A stretch of DNA of 64,000 nucleotides from a bacterium (GTDB lineage Bacteria; Patescibacteriota; Gracilibacteria; UBA1369; PNNO01), in NCBI GenBank assembly GCA_013824265.1, contig PNNO01000003.1:12902-76901 (forward strand). Reading direction: 5' to 3'. Both the position numbers and the translations under genes were made by a program. The notes beneath the pieces are model-generated. The model was not told where the DNA came from. It saw only the letters and a list, made by a program, of their open reading frames with translations, and did no database searches. Positions 9,681 to 19,300 of the stretch are shown here, in pieces; positions within the stretch are counted from its first letter, which is position 1; each line of letters opens with the position of its first letter.

Positions 9681-11113
9681 TGGATATAAAGGATCTTACA
9701 ATAGACAAAGTGCATGATGGTTTGGTCGGGAAAAAATTTTCCTGTCTTGAACTGACAAATTCTTTTTTGGAAAAAGCAAAAAATGAGAATGAGAAGTTAA
9801 ACATATACATAACGATTACAGATAAAGAAGCTCTCAAGCAGGCCAAAATTGTTGATGATAAAATTTCCACAGGAGAAGAAATAAGTGTTTTGGATGGCGT
9901 TCCCTGTGCGATAAAGGATTTAATAAATACAAAAGGAGTGCTTAGTACAAGCGCATCAAAAATACTTTCAAATTTTGTGCCTCCGTATGACGCGACTGTT
10001 GTTAAAAAACTTAGAGATTTGGGCATGGTTATGATTGGGAAGACCAATCTTGATGAGTTTGCGTGTGGTGGTTCTACCGAATACAGCTACTTTGGTCCGA
10101 CAAGAAATCCATACAATCCCGACTATACGGCCGGTGGATCTTCGGGCGGATCAGCTGCTGCAGTAGCCGCGGGAACTTGTTTGTATTCACTTGGAACCGA
10201 TACGGGAGGGTCCATAAGAGAGCCTGCTTCTTTTTGTGGTGTTGCCGGTTTAAAAGTTACATACGGAAGAGTTTCAAGAAGTGGTATTACCGCATTGGCA
10301 TCATCTTTGGATACGGTTGGCCCTTTTGCAAAAAATGTTCGTGATATAGCACATATTATGAATGCAATTGCCGGAAGGGATGTAAATGACTCAACAACTC
10401 CCGATGTTAGTGTGCCAAATTATGTTAAAAACCTTGATAACGATATAAAAAATCTAAAAATCGGTGTTCCAAAAGAATATTTTGATGAAGGAATTGATTC
10501 TGAAGTTAAGGCAAGTGTTGAAGCTGCAATTAAAAAGTTAGAGGGGCAGGGTGCTCGTATAGAAACGGTTTCTTTGCCTATGACAAAGTATGCGATTGCG
10601 GTTTACTACATAGTTATGCCCGCTGAGCTTTCCGCAAATCTTGCACGGTACGACTCTATAAGATTCGGATTAAAGCCGGAAAACGCAGGTGAATCTTTGG
10701 AGGATTATTATTTTAATTCACGCGGAGAAGGTTTTGGAGACGAGATCAAAAGAAGAATAATGATTGGTACATACGTTCTTTCGGCCGGGTACTACGATGC
10801 TTATTATAAAAAAGCTCAAAAGGTAAGAACAAAAATTATTGAAGAATTTAACAATGTGTTTAAAAAAGTTGATGTTTTAATAGGGCCTACCGTTCCGGGT
10901 CCCGCATTTAAGCTTGGAGAAAAATTAAATGATCCTCTTCAGATGTATCTGGTTGATTCATTAACTGTTCCAATGAACATAGCCGGGGTGCCGGCATTGA
11001 ATGTCCCATGCGGAATGACTTCATCCGGACTTCCTATTGGTATGCAGATAATAGGGCCTCAATTCAGCGAGGATAAACTTTTGAATATAGGAAATATATA
11101 CGAGAAATTATAA
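9680..11113 (+). CDS. gatA: Asp/Glu-tRNA amidotransferase subunit A
   Basis: Amidase signature GGSSGGSAAAVA, GTDTGGSIREPA, RRIMIGTYVLSAGYYDAYYKKAQKVR. Confidence 0.97.
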   Translation: MDIKDLTIDKVHDGLVGKKFSCLELTNSFLEKAKNENEKLNIYITITDKEALKQAKIVDDKISTGEEISVLDGVPCAIKDLINTKGVLSTSASKILSNFVPPYDATVVKKLRDLGMVMIGKTNLDEFACGGSTEYSYFGPTRNPYNPDYTAGGSSGGSAAAVAAGTCLYSLGTDTGGSIREPASFCGVAGLKVTYGRVSRSGITALASSLDTVGPFAKNVRDIAHIMNAIAGRDVNDSTTPDVSVPNYVKNLDNDIKNLKIGVPKEYFDEGIDSEVKASVEAAIKKLEGQGARIETVSLPMTKYAIAVYYIVMPAELSANLARYDSIRFGLKPENAGESLEDYYFNSRGEGFGDEIKRRIMIGTYVLSAGYYDAYYKKAQKVRTKIIEEFNNVFKKVDVLIGPTVPGPAFKLGEKLNDPLQMYLVDSLTVPMNIAGVPALNVPCGMTSSGLPIGMQIIGPQFSEDKLLNIGNIYEKL

Positions 11114-11132
11114 TTTCCGCCCTTTGTGGGAA

Positions 11133-12122
11133 TTATTTCTGGCAGACTTCCAAAACAAACTTTTCCAAAGCCAAAAGTATTTCTTTTTTGTCATCAGCCG
11201 ACATGCGAATTTTGCCTGTCTTTATACCTATATCGATTTGTAGCAGTTCGTCGTATATATTACGAAGTGTCTCAAAAGAAAAATTGGGACTTTGCTGTAT
11301 TGCAGTTGATATCGTATAAGGATGTTCTTTTATCTTCCCGATAATATCATTTTTTGAATTCCCTCGGTCTATTAGGTCTTTAACCTGAATAAGAATTCTA
11401 AAGTGTCTTACGATCATAAAGATTATTTTCATCATGTCCTCGCCGCTTTCAATAAGTATGTCGAGGGTTTTTAACGAACCCTTGGCATTTCGGTGAGCCA
11501 AATAATCTGTAAATTTGAATATCGAAGTTGTTAAATTAGGATGAACAAGATTTTCTATGTCGTCTTTTGTGATTTGCTTTCCGCTGCTGTAAGTTTTTAG
11601 TTTTTCAAGTTCATTGCTAAGATTCCACAGATCGGATCCGGCTTGTTCTCCAATGTAACTTGCAATTTGAGAGTCTATGTTAAGTCCTATTTCTTGAGCT
11701 CTCTTTTGTATCCATCTTATAAGGTCCGGGCCCATAAGTTCCTTAAATTCCTCCGGATGTCCTACTTTGTTTATTTTTTTGTAGAGCGAAGATCTTTTGT
11801 CGGGGGATTCATATTCAATAAAAACAATAATGCAAAAATCCGGAATTTCCTCTTCCAGAATTTCCGTTATTTTCTTTTGTTCTTCTTTGTTTCCTTTGCT
11901 CAGAAAATCTTTAACTATAACCAGTCTTTTGTCAGCCAAAAAGGGAGCTGACTGTATATTGCTTTGAAAATCATTTGCAAGTAACGGCTTTCCTTCAAGA
12001 ATTTCAATATTCATATCTCCGCCATGTTTTTCTTCAAACGCATTGCGCCAAAAAGTCATTTTTTTATGCGCAGAATATGTGTCTTCTCCGAAAAATAAGT
12101 AAACGTTCTTCTTTGTCGCCAT
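11133..12122 (-). CDS. holA: DNA polymerase III delta subunit
   Basis: VYLFFGED, PFLADKRLVIVKD, DKRS, NELEKL, HPY motifs. Confidence 0.92.
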   Translation of the reverse strand: MATKKNVYLFFGEDTYSAHKKMTFWRNAFEEKHGGDMNIEILEGKPLLANDFQSNIQSAPFLADKRLVIVKDFLSKGNKEEQKKITEILEEEIPDFCIIVFIEYESPDKRSSLYKKINKVGHPEEFKELMGPDLIRWIQKRAQEIGLNIDSQIASYIGEQAGSDLWNLSNELEKLKTYSSGKQITKDDIENLVHPNLTTSIFKFTDYLAHRNAKGSLKTLDILIESGEDMMKIIFMIVRHFRILIQVKDLIDRGNSKNDIIGKIKEHPYTISTAIQQSPNFSFETLRNIYDELLQIDIGIKTGKIRMSADDKKEILLALEKFVLEVCQK

Positions 12123-12162
12123 GCTTTTGATTAAACCTATGGTAGGGGACGTAATTATAAAT

Positions 12163-12197
12163 AAAAAGAGCCCTCATATCAATGTATGAGAGCTCTT
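12163..12197 (-). terminator. Rho-independent terminator
   Basis: Minus strand AAGAGCTCTCATA-cattga-TATGAGGGCTCTT running into a T-rich tail, 18 nt after the stop of 12216..15788. Confidence 0.8.
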
Positions 12198-12215
12198 CCA
12201 TAAATCTTGTTTTTC

Positions 12216-15200
12216 TTAGAACGACTTTTGGCTTACATCAACCAATTTGTTTAGAAGAGGAGGAGTATTCAAATATACTCTGTTGTCGAATCTTATAAGG
12301 ATTGCACCTTCTTCCTTTGTAGGATCGCCGGATTTCACTCTGTATTTTAACAGATGTTGGATATCTCCGTAGATTGATCCATAGTGAGTAAGTCTGCTTT
12401 CGCTGTTGTAATCAACCAAAGATGTATCATCTTTACAGAAGTCTGATGGAGTTACACTTCCTGTCTTTGGAGCTTCACAAATCTGTCCGCCTTTTCCTCC
12501 CTCACCTTCCTGTACAAAGAATACTGCGTTGGTTTCTTCAACACTAGGATCGATAACGATATTTCCTCCTATAACGATAACTGCCAAAGAAGGAACTTTT
12601 CGCGGATCATTTAGATTCTCAGGATCTTTGAAGGTCAAATCATTGTTGATATAAACGTCATTGTTTATAACAACAATTGTTCTTGCTTTATCTGCAAATT
12701 CTCCTCCAAGAGTAAGCATTCCTCCTTTGTCTTTAATATAAACATCATTACTACTGCTTAAGTTGTCCAATGTAGAGCTTCCATTAACAATGGATATATC
12801 GTTCAAATTCTTTGAATATCTTGCGAATAGCTGAACATTTCTTGAAAGACTCTGGACGATGGCTTGCTGTGTAAGTTCTTTAGAAGTTAATTCAAGCTCA
12901 CAAATCAAACTTGATATGCCTTTTATATCAACGCTTCCTTCAGCCGTGCTGTTACATAGGCGGTCATCGTATTTTCTTAATACTGCTACGTCTCCACCTG
13001 TCTTAAAAAGGTTCATGTCATCCGGTGGGATTCCAACGATCACAGGCGTGTCAACGTTTCTTATTTCGGAACAAGAAAGCGTATCTACTCCGTAATCAAA
13101 CGGATTTTCAAAGAAGGTCTCTCCTCCTGATCTTATTATTATAAATGGACATGGAATTATAACTTCCGCATCTGCGCTTCCATTAAAGTTTGCTTCGTCT
13201 TCAAATTCGGCAGTGTTTGGATAAATTTCTCCGCAGACTCCTGTTTCATTTAGAGCACTATCAGGGTCGCTGCAGTTTTCCGGATTAACGCTTGAGTCTT
13301 TTATCTCTCCACGGTATTCAACTAATACTTCATCACGTGAAGGGACATTTTTAATTTCAACTCCATCTTCATCGCCTATGTTTCTTTCGTAACAAACTGC
13401 GTCTTCAAGATCTTCTTCATCTATATCGTCACAGTTCTCAATAGGATCTCCGTCTACAAGAACTCTCATGGAGTCTTCATTGTAATAGATTCTTCCTCCT
13501 TCAGGAGTGTCTGAATCTATTCCCGTCTGAGTGCCCGCAATGTAACCTTGAATGTATCCTTCCGTACCTATTGTATCGGTAATTGTTACATCCTGATCTC
13601 CATCATTGTAGTGAGTGTATGTAATTCTGTAATTAACATAATCGTCGCTAAAGTTTGCGATTGTTCTTGAAGAGTAAGCTAAAGCATCTGCGCTTTTTGC
13701 GTTCTTGTCGAACGAAGGAGGTTCAACGTTTCTTGTAAGTTCATGATTACATTCGTCTTCCCATCCCGGAACCCATACTCTTACTATGTCGGCATCTTCA
13801 ACCATATCTTCGGTTAGAATGAAGCAAATTTCTCCGCTGTCTTCGTAAAGATCAACAGTTTCGGGTGATCCATTGTTTACGGAATATTCAAGTTCGTCGT
13901 TTTCATCGAGCGGCCAATCTGTATAGTCGATACATACTTCTTGGCTTGTTCCTCTTTCAAAAGTGTCGCGATCAAGTTCAAATCGGGTACATTCTTTTTC
14001 TTCACTTGTAAGCTCATCAATACAATCATCACCTTCATACTCGATTACGATTGCCTCTGCAATTAAAGTGTCTCCAGGTTCATAATCAAATGAAGGATAA
14101 TTATCAAAATTCAAACATTCGGAACCTTGTGTATCCTTATCGAATACAATCTCTCCGTCTCTTTCAACCATCCATTTTATGTTGTCGTTGTAAGCTGCCT
14201 CGGCTTCTGCTTCAACATCAACCGTTACGCAGTATTCTTCCTGTTCGGTTAAATCAAAAGTTTCATATCTTGGAAGGAAAGAAAGATCCAAACAAGTCCC
14301 TTCGATTTCTTCCGCTCTTGTACGGAAAACGTCACTACATTTTGATTCCGGAGAGCCAACTACCTTAATTATCATGGTCCCTTCAGAACTCGCAACAACG
14401 CTCATATTATTGTTTGCCGGAGCTGTAGCACATCTTCCATCTGTACTTAGAACATAATTTATTCTGGAATCCGGAAGGAAATCAATATCGTTATTTGTGT
14501 AGCAGTAGCTTATTAAAGGAGTTTCTCCGTTATCCGTATAAGGATCTCCGTTTGTGTCCAAAAGCTCATCAATCCTTATTCTTACGAATTTGTTTAATGG
14601 TACCGGACTTTCTTGTCCGTTAGGATCCCAATTTGGAGTTGTATTAAGAACTTCACAGGTGTTTTCTTCTTCCTGTCCAAGTTTTACATTAAAGGTGTCC
14701 ATACAGCTTGAAATTCCGTTCCCGTTTTGATCAAGTGCCAAAACCCGAACCGTGTTAGTTGGTTTTGATGTGGTTGGTCCTCCATTCATTTTTACTGAAG
14801 TGTCGTTAGTTTTTATGTCTATCCCTTCAGGTGCGTTATTAGCTTTAAAAGTAATTGTCTCCTTTGTAGAAGAAATTCTGTAGCCGTGAATAACACCTGG
14901 GTCGGCATCAGCCGTGAATGATAAATTTTCATTAACAAATCCGTTCTCATCAAGAGTGATAGATGTTTCTGTCGGATCCGTAATTGTTAGCGATCGACAA
15001 ACACCTGGAACGTCTGCAGGTACTGCCTCAAACTCAAGGTACACCAATACATAATGAAGTTCCGAAGAATCTATTCTTCCGCTTGTATTGCCATTATTGC
15101 TTTTTATGTAAATTCCGTTTGTTGTAATACTCTGAAGCTGTCCTTCATTAAACTGCCATGTACCGTCTTCTCTGTCTATATATGCTTCAACCGGAGTTAA

Positions 15201-15788
15201 CGTGAAAGGGACATTTCCGGAAAGACTTACATTTGACCAAACTGTTTTTGGTTTTGTGTTCTCTGCCCATAGAGTATATTGCGGTGTGTATGAAGTTTTT
15301 GGAGTAGAACTGCTCCATCCGGTTAATTTTATTTGAGATCCTGTTGCAGGATATTGATTTGCTGTACCGTTATTGTGAATGTATCCCCAGAACCCGATTC
15401 TTACAGGCTCGTCATTTGTAAAGTTAATTGTGTGACTTGTTCCGTTATCAAAATTGTAATTTGACCAAGATTCCCACGGAGTTGGTAAGGGCAAATCATT
15501 TGAAGATTCTGCAAGTTGAGACTCAATATACATAAATTGCATTTCTTTGTAAGATCTGCCGGTTTTTGTCGCATCTCGATAATTATTAAATGATGCAAAA
15601 TTTAAACCGTATGGGTATTCCTGGTGTGTAATACCTTCGTTATGCCATCTTCGGCAATCTTCGCCATCACAATTATTTGATTCGGAAGACGCATCCCATG
15701 CCGCAAATGAAATCGCGGAAGATAACATGAAAACGAGAGCCATAACCGAGATAATAATCGATTTGTTCGTTTTTGTATTTATTTTCAT
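12216..15788 (-). CDS. Large secreted acidic, Cys-paired multi-domain surface protein (adhesin-like; DUF11-like module)
   Basis: Signal peptide (MKINTK...ALVFMLSSAISFA), repeated Cys-bounded beta modules, FDK...YRITY...VTITD...YPNTAEF segment, beta-rich C-terminus. Confidence 0.8.
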   Translation of the reverse strand: MKINTKTNKSIIISVMALVFMLSSAISFAAWDASSESNNCDGEDCRRWHNEGITHQEYPYGLNFASFNNYRDATKTGRSYKEMQFMYIESQLAESSNDLPLPTPWESWSNYNFDNGTSHTINFTNDEPVRIGFWGYIHNNGTANQYPATGSQIKLTGWSSSTPKTSYTPQYTLWAENTKPKTVWSNVSLSGNVPFTLTPVEAYIDREDGTWQFNEGQLQSITTNGIYIKSNNGNTSGRIDSSELHYVLVYLEFEAVPADVPGVCRSLTITDPTETSITLDENGFVNENLSFTADADPGVIHGYRISSTKETITFKANNAPEGIDIKTNDTSVKMNGGPTTSKPTNTVRVLALDQNGNGISSCMDTFNVKLGQEEENTCEVLNTTPNWDPNGQESPVPLNKFVRIRIDELLDTNGDPYTDNGETPLISYCYTNNDIDFLPDSRINYVLSTDGRCATAPANNNMSVVASSEGTMIIKVVGSPESKCSDVFRTRAEEIEGTCLDLSFLPRYETFDLTEQEEYCVTVDVEAEAEAAYNDNIKWMVERDGEIVFDKDTQGSECLNFDNYPSFDYEPGDTLIAEAIVIEYEGDDCIDELTSEEKECTRFELDRDTFERGTSQEVCIDYTDWPLDENDELEYSVNNGSPETVDLYEDSGEICFILTEDMVEDADIVRVWVPGWEDECNHELTRNVEPPSFDKNAKSADALAYSSRTIANFSDDYVNYRITYTHYNDGDQDVTITDTIGTEGYIQGYIAGTQTGIDSDTPEGGRIYYNEDSMRVLVDGDPIENCDDIDEEDLEDAVCYERNIGDEDGVEIKNVPSRDEVLVEYRGEIKDSSVNPENCSDPDSALNETGVCGEIYPNTAEFEDEANFNGSADAEVIIPCPFIIIRSGGETFFENPFDYGVDTLSCSEIRNVDTPVIVGIPPDDMNLFKTGGDVAVLRKYDDRLCNSTAEGSVDIKGISSLICELELTSKELTQQAIVQSLSRNVQLFARYSKNLNDISIVNGSSTLDNLSSSNDVYIKDKGGMLTLGGEFADKARTIVVINNDVYINNDLTFKDPENLNDPRKVPSLAVIVIGGNIVIDPSVEETNAVFFVQEGEGGKGGQICEAPKTGSVTPSDFCKDDTSLVDYNSESRLTHYGSIYGDIQHLLKYRVKSGDPTKEEGAILIRFDNRVYLNTPPLLNKLVDVSQKSF

Positions 15789-15818
15789 TTTTATTTTGTT
15801 AAGTTTTGAAATTAAATA

Positions 15819-16355
15819 TTATAAAGAATTAAATTCTCCTGTTTCTCCTTGTGACTCTCTGTTTTCCTCTCTGTCAGGAGCCATTCCAACTTCTACGGAT
15901 GTGCTTTCGTATTTTACTTCCATAACACCTTTTGAATTGCTTAATGTTGATAACTCTTCGTCTAGTTCAAAATTAACCTGTCCGGGTTTAACGCTTTCAA
16001 AAGTTAAAGTTGCAATTACTTCATTGTTTGAAGAAAAATATGTATCTCCGAGTTCAAATACGTATTCATTATCAAGTTTACGTAAAGTAACACCTTCTGA
16101 AGTTTCTGTGTTTTTTACTTTTAATACGTCTTCAGAAAACTTAACTCCGATTTCTCCAGATGAAGCATCTTTTTTATTAAGAAGTTTTACTTCCAATATC
16201 GGATTATCAACTGTGAAGTATGCAGGTTGATCGGATTCAACTTTGTAAGTTGCATTTTGTGATTGGAAATAAAACCAACCAGCTGCTAAAACAACTATTG
16301 CAAGTATTGCAATTCCGACAAATGTGTAAGCTGTTTTATTTGATTTCTTGTTCAT
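15819..16355 (-). CDS. Membrane-anchored cohesin-like beta-sandwich protein
   Basis: N-terminal TM anchor; VKFSEDVLKV and VIATLTFESVKPGQVNFEL resemble cohesin-domain strands. Confidence 0.6.
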   Translation of the reverse strand: MNKKSNKTAYTFVGIAILAIVVLAAGWFYFQSQNATYKVESDQPAYFTVDNPILEVKLLNKKDASSGEIGVKFSEDVLKVKNTETSEGVTLRKLDNEYVFELGDTYFSSNNEVIATLTFESVKPGQVNFELDEELSTLSNSKGVMEVKYESTSVEVGMAPDREENRESQGETGEFNSL

Positions 16356-16388
16356 GGGGTATAAATGTTATGAATATTAATTTATAGA

Positions 16389-19300
16389 TTAGATTGAATT
16401 ATCTGGTCCTTCCGAAACCGGTGGTGTAGAATTCTGTGATTCTTGTCCGGTTGTTCCCTGGGTATGCCTGTTGAGAACTTCTCCTTTTATAGGTTTGTGT
16501 CTGTCGGGAACTTCTTCTTTCTTTCTTCTGCCTCTAAATACTCCAAGTGCAAGTGTTATATCTAGATCTGTTTTGGCCCCTTTCGAATTGACCAATATAT
16601 TCGCCTCTTCTTTTGCTGAAGACCAATCTACGTTTTCTTCTTTTCCGGCAATCAATTTTATTCCTATTTTTTGTCTGGTTGCGATTGTTCCGTTTCCGCA
16701 CTTTAGATAAGCTCCCGAATAGACTTCGGTTTCATCAAGGGTGAATTCGTATTTCTTGTTGTATATATAGCTTGGCTTGCCTTCCAATTGAGCGTTTCTT
16801 ATGCCTGTTACAAGCTCTTTAAAGTCCTTGAAAGCTTTTTCGTTTTCAGGCTTTGATAAAGTCAATTCCAATGCTTCTCCGCCTCTTTTCAAGGCAGCAT
16901 AAATTTCCGTCATGCCTTTATAGTTTTCTTTTCCAAGTATTTCTATAAGCGGTGAAATCATTTTGCCATCATATTTAACGAACATTGAGATTAGAAGCAA
17001 TGACAGTTCAGATTCAAGGAACTTTTTCTTTCCTTCAATTGAATCAAGATTTTTTGTTTCAAGAGGGGACATTGTCTCAAATATAATTCTCGCAGCCGCT
17101 CTTTCAACCGGACTGGCTGAATCCAATCTTAGTCTTTTTGGTCCTACCATTTTGAATATATCTTTGAAATCTTCTGGGACTTCCGTTCCGTAGGATGCTG
17201 CCAAAGTATCTTTACCATTCTTTTTAGTGTAAGACGCAAATTTCAAACCTCTGCCAACCGCCACCCCGTTTTCTGGTTTTGAAAACTCGTCAAGTTGTTC
17301 CTTGTTTTGCGGCATTGTTAACATCAAATAATTGGCAATTGAATCCGGCGTTGCGGATGGATATGTTTTTACAATTTCAGCCCATTGTGCCGGATTGTTT
17401 TTTGCGTAATCGCTTATGTAATTTTTTATGTATGCTCTGAATAATTCATTTCTTCTTTCCAGCCTTTGATTTATTACGTTCTTGTTCTTGTCTCTTAACT
17501 CTATGAAAACCTCATTAAGCATGTAGTTGTAAATAAGGTTTAATTCTTGGTCATTCAAAGAAGGATCTATTGTTTTTAGATTTCTGAATACTTCAACCTT
17601 TAGCGCCGCTTCTTTTGCAGGAGTGTTTGCCTCCGCTATCTTTCTTTCAAACGATTCGTTCTTACTTAGATAGCTTTTGCTTGTTTGCTTAACCAAATCG
17701 GACCTTATAGGAGCCGCCTCTTTCGGTTTTAAGGTTTCCCACATTTTGCTTGTAAGATCAGTTGACTCATTAAGGTTGTATTCGAATTTTTTATCCTTGA
17801 AGTTTTCAAAAGTGTTACCCCTCGTGTTGTATTCTTCAATTGTAAGGGTGTTTGATTCAGCCTCCGAAAGTCCGGTTCTTGCTTCTCCTTTTACAACCAT
17901 ATATCTGCTTCCCATCGGTTTATATATGATTTGAGCTGAATCTTCTCTTATTTGTTCGTCTGTTCTGTCAGGATTATTCTTGAAAGTTATTACTTCAAGA
18001 TTCATTGCTCCTTTTTCGGCAAAAGGGTACCTATATTCAGATCTTGTAAAGAAAAGTTTCTTTGCTTCGCTTGCTGCAAGCAAAATCCTGTTGTTTTTAT
18101 GATCGAGAATTATGCCTTTCTTTTGCATTTCCGGATCCATAAGCACTTGGACATTGCTTCCGTCTGTGTTTAACGGAGTTATCGCAAGTAAAGTGTTGTT
18201 TGAATTTGAAGGGTCTGGCACTATTTCAACATGCATATCCATCTTGTTGAATTTGCTTTTTACGGCTTCAAAAGTTCCTTTTATGTTGCCTTCTTGTCTT
18301 TTTACCAATTCTCCGATTCCTGCAACTTCAACGTTTGCGCCTCCTCTTTCACTGTCGAAAAATAAATTTCCGCTTTGAGCTGTCATTGTGTATCCCGATA
18401 CAAAAGGTTCTGTGCCGGTTGCTTTTCTAAGTTTTCTTCTTAAAGATTCTTGCGCAATTTCCGTTTGCCAATATCCTGAATACTTTGGATGTTCGCTTCT
18501 TACAACAAATATTACTTCCGTACCCGGAATTTTTATTGTCACGTAAGGACCTATTCCTATACCTGCTTTGCTTATACCAATTCCAACTCCCGCTCCTTGA
18601 ACAAAAGGAATTTTTACTCCTTCCTTTGCTTTTTCAGCCCATTGATTCTTTGCAGCCTGATACATTTCAATTAACACGGAATTTGGAAATGTAGGATAAG
18701 TGTTCTTTATGAACTTCATGTAATCTCCAAACGTAGGGTTTTCCAAAATAAATTTTACGGCTTCATCGTAATTTCCGTTTTTAAGACTTTCTTCTATTTG
18801 CCCTAAGCCCTTTGAGCTTAATTCTTTGTTTTTCGCTTGTTTTTCAGCTCTTAATTGATCCCATTTAACACCTATTGATGCTCCAATACCAAAGTTTTCA
18901 AAATCGGTTACGCTTACTCCTGCTCCCGCGTTTGCAACCCAATCCCAGTTTCCTGCGAACTTATGTTCCATTGTTAAGGCTGCACCTGCAAAATCAGGGC
19001 TTGCTCCAATATTGTATTTTAATTTAAATCCTCCGAGTTTACCTATGTCTCCGCTTACTCCTGCAAATGCAGTTAGTGGTATTTTTTCACCGTTTTTAAC
19101 TCCGGCAAGTCCAAAATGGAGATACATTTTTTTACCTTTGAAGTTTCCTATAAGAACAGAAGCTCCCAACCCTCCTGCTGCAATTTTCATGCCTGGCGGA
19201 GTTTCTCCGTTTGCAAGCGCAAACAGCGTAATTGCTATCTTCTTTTCAAGATCTGCAAGTTTTTCCTCGGGTAAACCGTTTTTTAAAGCTTCTTCCTGTA

